Assembly (NCBI GenBank): GCA_964035545.1
Contig: OZ037767.1
Location: 2,057,680-2,121,679 of the forward strand
Direction of reading: 5' to 3'
DNA: 64,000 nucleotides
DNA from: Bugula neritina
Taxonomy: Eukaryota > Animalia > Bryozoa
Notes under the pieces: generated by a model
What the model was told of the DNA's origin: nothing
What the model saw: the letters and a program-made list of their open reading frames with translations, nothing else
The model's database searches: none
Program-made: the position numbers and the translations under genes
Shown: piece by piece, positions 54,341 through 64,000 of the stretch
Layout: each line of letters opens with the position of its first letter
Position numbering within the stretch: position 1 is the first letter of the stretch

Positions 54341-57300
54341 GTCAGTTAAAATTAAGAAACAGGTAGTAGAAATGTTGTATTTTTGCGATTTTGAATGTTT
54401 AATGTTTTGCTTTAAATATATAGAATAAAAGTAGGGCATTTATGATATTAATATCTTTATTTTATATGCCCATTATGATTATTTTTATTTGAACAATCAG
54501 TGATATAAAAGAGGCCATTTACGTGCCGAGGTCTGGAGACAATCTGAATTTGAATTCCGATTCGCAGTCGCAAATCAGAATTCGTATACGATTTAGTTAT
54601 TGGTATTTGTTTTTAATTATGATGTTTTATTATTAGCCAATTAGCTAGGCTGTGGAACTGTTTAGTATAGTAACGCTAGTCACTAGCAGTAAATGTAATA
54701 GTAATACTAATACTCAGTATAACTATAAGTATTATAGTTATACTAATGGTAATAATAATACTTATAGTAATACTAGTACTACTACTACTACTAGTAGTAG
54801 TTCACTAGTTAATCATAATGCTATTAATATTGTATTTGTAATAATGATATTATTATTAAATTTAGTTATTACATTTTATTATTATTTATTCCATAAATGA
54901 ATAAATACTTATAGTTATACTTAAACTTGATTACTGTTATTGTCTACAGACTGTACTCATACTGATGCTCTATAGTTTATACTGTATTACTGTAGTGTAT
55001 TAAATTATATCAATAAACATTTACATGTTAATAATATTTCTACTATCTACTGTACTAGTGCTACTGCTTTTGAAGATAAAAAGTAATTAATCATGCATTC
55101 AATCAGTCTAAGTTTTTACTTTGTCCCGTATGCTTCGCCGGCATGATGAAAGTGATGGTCATACCGATGCTCAGTGATGATAAATAAGTGATAATTGATA
55201 AAAATAATAAATAAATAAGTGATACTGGTAGTAATAATCACAGTGATCACCATCACATGATGCTAATGGTGAATGTTGGGGTGAAAACATTAATGAAGAT
55301 TGTCATTGAGTGAAGATCATTGGTGGTTTAATCCAAATTCTTATTCATGCGACAAAACCTTTACAACTTTTGTGACGACACTGGCAATTCAATCACATTA
55401 CGATAATACTAATATCCCCTATCGAAATTGTTCAAATTTGAAACCAATTGCAGTGTTTTTACCTCAAGCTAATAATATTTAGATTTTTCGCACTTTTTTA
55501 TATTTATAGCAGTTTTTTATAGATTCGATATGTTTGGCCGGGAATCACGCATAAAGTTTCTTTGCTAACAATAGAATTAAAGTCGACAAAAAATGGTTTG
55601 TATCATTCAATTTAGTTATTTCTATATTTGAATTTTGCAAATAAAATTGAATTGACTTATAGTATGTCATTGCACATTAAATATTTTAAGTTTGTTGTCA
55701 CTGTTCAAGATTATGCTGACCTAGAATGGCAGTAAATGTTTTACTGATGGATCCAGTGAGGTAATACTGATTTTGTCAATTACTTTTTAATTATGTTTTA
55801 GGACAGCCCAGGTGCTGGGCAAGCAAGTCTAATGTCTAGAGTTCTCCGAAGGCGTACAGAGACAAAGGAAGGTTTAAGCCCTCAACGTGATAACTTTTCT
55901 GACACAGGCAGCGTCAGCAGTCAACGTTCAATCTCTCCAAAATGTTCAGCTGGTATATACGTGCTGCCAAATAATCTAGATGAAGCATTTTCATTCATTT
56001 TTCTTAAGTTATAGAATAAAATTACTTTTTAGGTGGCGCTCTGTGTATGAATCTTATATCTGAATATCAAACTATCAGATATCCCGTTGGCGTAACATTC
56101 TGCAGTAATACCACAACGGTTATTGCGCTTGATGCTAAGATGTGTAAGCCTACCTCAGATGCAATCACCAAAAGAAAGCTAAATCGAGGTATTACTAACT
56201 GAACATGTTGATATTGTCATGCATATGTTGTAAATCAAGCTTTAATGCAACTGCTAATTTTTAATGTTTTGTTTTTATATTCATTGTTGTTTTTACTCTT
56301 TTTATTTTGCTTGATTACATAGTTTTATTTAAAGAAAAACTTTGTAGATCCAACTGATGTAGCCAAATCAGCTCCAAATTTGAAAAAGCTACCCAAAGCA
56401 GCCAAGAATAAATTGTTTTTAAAGCCGTGGTCTAACCCAAGATCTCAAAAGCATTCTATATCTTCTGAAGAGGCATGTGGGCACGAGTTTAAGTCTAGTA
56501 AAGATTCTTTTGATATGCTAGAAATGTCAGACATTTTACAAAAAAAACGATGTTTGGGTATGAATAATTTAGTTTATGAAAAAGATGATACTCCGATTAC
56601 CAAGAAAAAGAAACTGGTGTTGGACTCTGCTCCTATTTCTCTAGATGTTTCAGAATTTAAGAGATCTCCAATGTTAGCAATCGATTTTAGAATATCCCTA
56701 TTGAGTGATAATACATCTAATCAGACGGAAGTGAATTATACCAACTCTTCAGCCAACTCAACACAACATTCTGAACAACAAACTTCTATCCCAATTAGCA
56801 GTTCCAAGCCATTTTCTGACTCACATACATCTTCAACGGGACCCTCTCAAATGCAGTCTAATTTGACAATTAAAGAACTTACATTGTCTGGTGTGGCACC
56901 ATCTCATAACCACAAAACTTCAGTTTCACAAGAAGGCTCGTTTTTAATAAAGGATTCTGCAATTTCTGACATTTGCCTCGATAGTTGTCTTCAAAATGAT
57001 TCAACACAATGCCGGAAAATTTCTCAGACTTCTAAAGGTTGTGAAATTGGCAATGTAGATTGTTCGAATTTTGAACACGAAAATACGTCAGCTCTATTAA
57101 TTAAAGATGTTAGTAAACCTGAAATTTTAGATAATAAAGTACCCAATTCTAGTGCTTTTCAAAGTGGTGCTTTAGACAACTTGAATTGTTCTAAAGTTCT
57201 TGCTGCTAAAGTTAGTTCAATAAATTCAGTTTTCATAAAAACTTCTACAAGCAGTAGTCTTACCGCGACTACTGCAACTGAAATAAATAGTCTGGTGGAT

Positions 57301-60300
57301 AAATGTGAGACTAAAGATGACTCTAAATCTTTGGACATGGCGGAAAATTTGAAAGAAAAACATTTTGATGCAAGTGATCAGCATGCTTCAGAAGTAAAAT
57401 CTGACAATGTGGCAAAGTATCACAATTCTTCCAAAGAAGTTGTTGATCATAAAACAGATTTAGAACTTCATACACATTTTGCATCCTCTGTTGATAAAAT
57501 GCATCAAGAAAGCTCGAACTATGACATCATATCAAGACGACCTCTGAATGAATCTGAAAAAATTGCAGTTGTCTCAGATGAAAAAGAACTAAGCAATTTT
57601 GCTTTGAATGGGCCTGAATCAGTTGCCAATTTTATTGACGCTGATTTAGCGAAAACAAATGTGTCAAATATACCTCCACCAAGTTCCATGTTACCAAATT
57701 TTATTCTACCTAATGCTACAACAAGCAATACGACTGAACAAGACACAGATAAATCTGAACAAGCTTTAGCCAAAGCAACTACTTCAAACAATTCTACTGC
57801 AGACAAAGTTTTACTTGATACAGAAGAGACAGTTCCAGTATGTTCAGAGGTGGCTGATGATATATGTAAGCTCAATTCTATTAACTTTGAAGACATTACT
57901 CAGTTCAGCAGTAACAGCCACCACACCTCAAAACAATTTGAAAGCATAGGTTCCAAATGTTTGCCAATTCATAGTAATGATGTTGACATAGCTAATGTAG
58001 CAGAATTTGGAGCAAAACCATCTCTGCTTGCTAAACCTCAAAATATCAGTGAAGCTACGAACCAGCAGTCAAATGTTTTTGCTGATGGATTATCATCAAA
58101 TAAAAGTTTTCCCTCGTCTTTACCTAACACTCCACAATGTAGCTCTTCAACTATTGAAAATGAAAATCACGACTTGTCTGCAGATGTTGGTAATAATAGT
58201 AAGTTAGTGACTGAGGTATGTGCATGTGACACAACTACTGGATCAAATGGAGATGAAACTGTTCAGAGCAAGGCTAATATTCAATCGCTTGATACTCAGA
58301 ATGTTGACATGTCATCTGATAATTACGCCTCAAGTCTTACAGAATCTCCTAAAACAAGTAAAGAACTTACAGGTTTTCGCCGAAGAGAGTGGGCAAAGGA
58401 GCTAACAAAAATCAGAATGAAAATTCAAATGAAAAAGCGACAAAAGAAAGAAGCTCGTTTGAAAAAAGCTCTACTAACTCGAGCTGCATCCTCAAAACAT
58501 CGCCGTAAATCTCAACTTTCGGATTCATCAAGTGTAAAGCACACTAGTCCAGATGTAAAGGGAGTTGAGTCAGTTGATGGCAGCAAATCTAGCGAATCAG
58601 CCATTAAACAGCCGGGCGCCAGTGCTACCCACTCTGATATTGATAACATGGCTAATTCAATTGACATTGAACCTGCACGGGATGCTTGTCTGGTAATAAA
58701 TGACAGTAAAGCCAGTAAAGATTTGAGCAGTTCAACATATTTAGGTGATATTGAAATTGTTGAAGATGAGGACGATGAGGAAGAGCCTTGGCCTTTCACC
58801 GCTAGCCCACTAAGTAGCACTGAGAATGAATTTGTCGACAAAACAGATATGCCTTCTGTTCTAGAAAGCTCTACTGTAAATAAAGACAATGTATCTGTTT
58901 TGCCTGTTTCAAAAAGTATGAAAACAGTGTCAACTGCTAATGAAATTGAATCTGGGGAACTGCATATTATCAATTCAGCTCAAGACAATCTTCAAGATAC
59001 TAATAAAGCAGTGGAGCTGACACCATGCGAAAAGTCGCTGCCCTACCAACATTTCTCTGAAATCTCACAACAGAAAGACAAACATTCTGCTTTGGCAAAG
59101 GATTTGCCCGTCAAGTCAGGTACAGGCAGCAGTTCTAACTCAACTCTGAACTCTGTCAGCAAAGTTGACAAGTGTTCTTGGCCTGACGCGCCTGTCTCGG
59201 TGTCTCCGAAAAAAGTTGATGGAGATTTGTATCAACCAGCGAGAATGCAGAGTAGAATGGCGGAACCCACCCTAAATGAGTCTATTACGGAAAGGTAGAT
59301 GCTGATTTTTTTTGTAGTTTTATTTAAAAATGAAATGGTGCTGGACTTGGATTTAAAACATTGGAACTTGATAAATAATAAAAATAAGCCGATATAATAT
59401 TCGTGCTCAGAAGTTGTTCAGTAGATACAATCTGTACCCTGTAAAATATGGAGCTTCTCTTTTAGAAGCATGCCTACAATTTGAGAACAGTCAGATTTTA
59501 TTTAAAACTACTTTATTTTGGTTTATTCAATCGTTTAATTACATCTTTAAGCTGCTATCATTTGTATTGATATTTAACCTTGCTCTTCCAAGCATGTGGA
59601 AAGACATGTTCAACTCTGAGGTGGTACCTTTGGATTTCAACGAGATGCCAGCTGTGAGAAAAAGTCCTAAAAAACAACAAAAGCTACTTGCTGTATACAA
59701 AAGTAAGTGATCGTCACTTCACTAGGGAAAAACTATTCTGATCAATTTTATCTAGTATAAAATAAGCCAATTCATTGGAATGTATTGTAATCATCATGAT
59801 ACATAATGATTTCTTTAATTTTTCTGTGTACAGGCTGTAATTGCTGCATTAGATTAACAATTTCAAAAAACTGGAATATTTTGTTTTAAAATAAACAAAT
59901 TAAGTATTTTTAAAACTATAAAGTCCCGACAGTAAATTAACCCCTTGCCGAGAAAATATTATTTCTGAGTTTTTCTAGTAACAGCTAAAACAACCGACGT
60001 CTGCCTATTATATCTTTTAGGCTCTGTAGCGCGGGTTTCCCAATGTTCCAGAGAAAGGAATACGGGTGTGTCTGTTAGTAACTACATTAATACCCCGAGT
60101 GGGGAATCCTACCCAGTGACTGATGCACCTCGCATAAAACCTCTCACAGTAAGGGTTTATCAAGTATCTTCCCCACCTCTAGATTTATACACGGTTTTCA
60201 GATCAGCTGACATTTCATTGTTTCTGGTGAATGGCAAGGTTCTTCAAGTTGTAAAAAGCTTCAACATTTCCATGTTGTATTCTTAGCATCTTCACACAAT

Positions 60301-63300
60301 TATTTTGTTTGTTTATATTTTTATTTATCTTGTACTCACTGACTGTATAGTGTATACTTACTGTATCGTACTTGTATACATACTGCATTGTAGATGTATA
60401 TATACTGTATTGTCACTGTATATATACTGTATTGTCACTGTATATTTACTGTATTGTCACTGTATATTTACTGTATTGTCACTGTATATTTACTGTATTG
60501 TCACTGTATATTTACTGTATTGTCACTGTATATTTACTGTATTGTCACTGTATATTTACTGTATTGTAGTTGTTTATTTACTGTATTGTAGTTGTATATA
60601 TATACTACATTGTAACTGTACATCTGTTATATTGACAGGAGGACAACTTCAAGCTGTGCTCTTGCAAATCTGACGGGCTGATTTCTCCCACCAAAGAAAA
60701 GTTACGGATCATGTTTTGCCAAGCTGTGGATACTATTGACAATACAGTACGTCCTGATCTGCTGCATATCTCTAATAGTCGTATTCATGGTTTCTGCTGT
60801 AATTAACTATGAATAATAACCAATGAAATAATATTATTTAAAACTTCAAATACTAGCTAGTTTATATTTTTTTTCTTTTAGACTCTGAACTGCATGCACA
60901 AAGTGACAGACAAGGTGGAACTGCGGGCTTCGGCTCGACTTCCCTCAATGATACTGTGCAAGTTTCACAGGAAGAAGTTGAATCAGCACACTAGCTGCCC
61001 AGTGTGTGGAATGTTTTGTACCAGGGTGGGTTTGAGCCTTGGAAATTGATCTCTAAATACTATACAGTTTGTGAAACACCTATCAGGTGGTGTATAGGGA
61101 GATTTGTGTATAAGATTTTAGTTTATTGTAATGATATTAAGCAAAATATTAAAATTTCTGCATCTTTTGTGTTGCTTTTAATTCAGTGAAACTAATTCCG
61201 TCTTCCTAGCAATGTGTATGTGGGGAATGGCATATTTTCTACAGTTTCACAAACAAATAGAAACGTAAAGCTTTTTATTGCAGCTCCATTTATGGCAATA
61301 AATTAACTCATGAGAGCAAATGTCTATAGGTAATGTTTATGCTGAGCTTGTTTGTTGCCCAGGGAACCTTTGTTGATTGTACGGGTGGAAAGGGGCATCT
61401 GCATCACGTCTCTTGCCAAATCAAAGCGAAGGATGGAACTTACATCTGCCCGCATTGTGGAGAGAAGTCGCAGCAAGTCACTCAAGTGCGGGATTGTAAG
61501 CGAAAGTGGAAGAAACCAAGCAAAAAGTAGGTTATCACGATTACATAAATCAAAATCACAGTTCTGAAATAATATTGGCGGACATTTATTTTACTCAAAA
61601 CATAAATGAAATTTTAAACATGAATATAAATTTATTTTGAGTTTGTAATGCGGCTAGCTAGCAGTGTCTTGGCTCAACTAATTTGTCTGAAATTGTAGCT
61701 ATTCTAATAATATTTCTGACAAAAATTGATTATATCAACTAATTAGTAGAAATTTTGACAGTAGTTTGAAGTTATCCTCTCTGATAATAAATGACTTAAG
61801 AGAACGCAACTACAAATAACCATGGTAATATTAATTGTGTTTTGTTATAACTTAATTTGTTGTTTACTGATCTACTATATTTGATGCAGAGAAATTTAGC
61901 CTAATTTCTATTTGCAACTGCATGAGTGGTTCGAATTGTTCAGGCGGGAATTTCTTCAACTAATATGCAAAATATGTTTTCATGAAAACTTGTGTGGACA
62001 CCATGTTTTCTTTAATTCATAGTTTTTATGTGGATAATTTTCCAATAGTCTTAGATGTTCCTTTTGATTTTCTAACTTCTCTTAGAGAGTTAATTGATAT
62101 GTTAGTTGAACCTAAATAAAGCCTCAAGTTTCAATTGTTAATAAAAAATTCCGAGTGAGAGCCATTGTGTTTGCAACTCATTGTATTATCATGTAACTGT
62201 TGTATTTGTTTGTAGAGAGGGCGAGGGACTGGCCAGAATGTGCATCAGGCTGGTCTCCAAACCCGCAGGTTCTTCTTCAGAGGAGAATGTGACATATGAG
62301 AGCAAGTTGTTTGAAGTTCAGAAACCCAAACTGCTGGACGGATCTGAAAGAACTAAACTCATAAATATCATGTCTGCTATACACCATCTGCGGCCAGCCA
62401 TGTATGTGAAGATATGTGTAGTTACTATACATTGTATTGGGTGTAGTTACTGTACATTGTGCTGTGTCTAGTTACTATACATTGTGGTGTGTAGTTACTA
62501 TACATTGTGGTGTGTAGTTACTATACATTGTGCTGTGTGTAGTTACTGTACATTGTGTTGTGTTTAGTTTTATGCATTGTATTGGGTGTAGTTACTATAC
62601 ATTGTGTTGTGTGTAGTTACTATACATTGTGTTGTGTGCAGTTACTGTACATTGTATTATCTGTAGATACTGTACATTGTTTCTCTTCTCCAGGTACTAG
62701 GTTCAGATAAAAGCTAAGTAAGAATATTTTCACTTGATTGGTTTACAGCTTGTGTGTTAGAAATTGTGAAGTCAATTGTTTATTATCCTAAACCCCTCCC
62801 CTCATACTTTTACCTGTGATTTGTATTCTTCGGTTGACTTTGTTTTCACCTTCAGGCAGGAGAAGCTAAGCAGCGCTATGACCTCTACGACCTTGTATGA
62901 TCTCTCCTCGTATATCCTGAAGAATGACCTGTCGCAACTGGCTCTCGGGGTTTGTGACATCCTGGGTGGCTGTCGACACAGCAAGGAGAAGTTCCCTCTG
63001 GACAAGCAGTTTGCTGAGCAGGGAGGGAAATCTCTGCTCCACCTCAGTGTGCAGAGCAACTCTCTGGCCATTGTTCACTGCCTCGTCATGGTAGGATATA
63101 GTTATCATATTCTGTGAGAATTTCTGTAAATTAGGTTTGGTTTAACCTGGTGATAGTATACAACATTTATCTTATAGAACTGTATTTATTCCAGGTAGTA
63201 ACATAGAAAGTGTTATTAACTGGAATAAATGACGGATTAGAACATTCCAGAAGTTAAGCATTTAATATTCAATCAACATGCCAAGTTAACTTGAATATAA

Positions 63301-63505
63301 CAAATGTAGTATATCAAACTTGTGATGTACAGCCAAGGTATCTTGCTGAGATACTCACAAAATGTCGCCAATTTCACCGTGTGTTGTATCTCAGGCTGGG
63401 GCTGCTTTGAACACACCCGACCACAAGGGAGTCTCCCCTCTGATGTTAGCGGCGAAAGGAAACCAACTGGACATCCTCAAGTATCTCATAGGAGCCGGTG
63501 CCATG
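54335..63505 (+). CDS. EHMT1: EHMT1/EHMT2 (GLP/G9a)-like histone H3K9 methyltransferase, 3' incomplete; join(54335..54340,55802..55952,56033..56188,56348..59294,59593..59702,60021..60148,60639..60746,60882..61025,61363..61526,62216..62401,62856..63090,63395..63505,...)
   Basis: Cys-rich region LCSCK...FCQAVDTID...LCKFHRKKLNQHTSCPVCGMFCTRGTFVDC...HVSC...CPHCGE resembles the G9a/GLP Cys-rich domain. It is followed by ankyrin repeats KSLLHLSVQSNSLAIVHCLVMAGAALNTPDHKGVSPLMLAAKGNQLDILKYLIGAGA. 1482 codons in phase so far; the SET domain is not in the window. The first three exons are less certain than the rest. Confidence 0.85.
56348..59294 (+). CDS. 2947-nt internal exon of the EHMT gene; S/N/D/T-rich low-complexity region with a basic NLS-like helix
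   Basis: 972-aa ORF bounded by tttgtag| and |gtagat; phases 1 and 2 match the neighbouring exons. Confidence 0.88.
60340..60625. repeat. 21-nt minisatellite (ACTGTATATTTACTGTATTGTC-like) in an EHMT intron, ending just before the acceptor at 60638
   Basis: Tandem units; explains ORFs 60305, 60372 and 60394. Confidence 0.92.
62415..62680. repeat. 21-23-nt minisatellite (GTGTAGTTACTATACATTGTGTT-like) in an EHMT intron
   Basis: About 11-12 tandem units between the donor at 62402 and the acceptor-like site at 62693. Confidence 0.92.
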
Positions 63506-64000
63506 GTAAGCCTTTGCCTGTGGGACCTTCTGTATCGCAATATCAATATAGGCCAGATGTAGACGTTAACATAGACCTAGTTATACAACTTTATATAGAA
63601 CTAGTCATATTCATTTATATAAACTTAGTCATACACCTTTAGACATTATAGACCTATGCATAGAAAGTAACATATATATATATATATAAATATAGACAGA
63701 CCTATAAAGAAATGCTTACATAAGTGTCACTATCATTTAGAACAATTGGTATAGGTTATGGCAGGAACAAGGTTTTGACTACATCAGAAAGTGAATATAA
63801 ATACCGCATGTGTATAGTTTAGAGTTCAGTCAATACCAATGTAGATAGCTTGTCTACGAAACCTTTTGGGACTACAAAAGGAAATTTCAGTTAACAAGAG
63901 ATGCAACTGCCACAGACTTTAGAAAAGCAGATATTTTTTGTTCATTTGTGTGCAAAAGATATTCTGGTTAGTTTTTCCTATAAAATTAAGATAGGGAGAG

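Noticed and set aside
55143-55265. C/D snoRNA suggested by ATGATGA
   Set aside because: Part of a degenerate (TGA)n low-complexity stretch; no matching D box with a terminal stem.
57519-58973. Antisense and alternate-frame ORFs within the large EHMT exon (also 1803-2090, 6504-6707, 62802-63108)
   Set aside because: Shadow ORFs of real + strand exons.
60305-60673. Cys/Tyr-rich hydrophobic ORFs
   Set aside because: Translations of the 21-nt intronic minisatellite; the real exon starts at 60639 in another frame.

Overview
AT-rich, intron-rich animal (invertebrate, probably bilaterian) genomic DNA; the organism cannot be fixed from the window. Three + strand multi-exon genes were rebuilt by hand, with GT-AG junctions and codon phases checked at every intron. 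(1) A prospero/PROX homeo-prospero transcription factor, 183-15084, 10 coding exons, 659 aa, with a U12-type (minor spliceosome) intron just before the homeodomain. (2) A DH-PH Rho guanine nucleotide exchange factor of the PLEKHG1/2/3 type, 23930-39290, 12 exons, about 638 aa. (3) The 5' part of an EHMT1/2 (G9a/GLP) H3K9 methyltransferase, 54335 to beyond the window, with a 2.9-kb exon, a Cys-rich region and the first ankyrin repeats; the SET domain would lie outside. Introns and the 39.3-54.2 kb intergenic stretch hold many mini/microsatellites and degraded TE pieces (hAT MITE, tRNA-derived SINE, Helitron-like end). Most ORF-track entries are spurious or read through exon ends. The most unusual signals concern splicing: minisatellites in the RhoGEF gene whose units are copies of its own splice junctions (14 tandem 3' splice sites; about 9 tandem 5' splice sites plus an inverted copy that creates TACTAAC), a duplicated U12 branch site in the prospero minor intron, and a 24-nt cassette in EHMT with a stop in all three frames.
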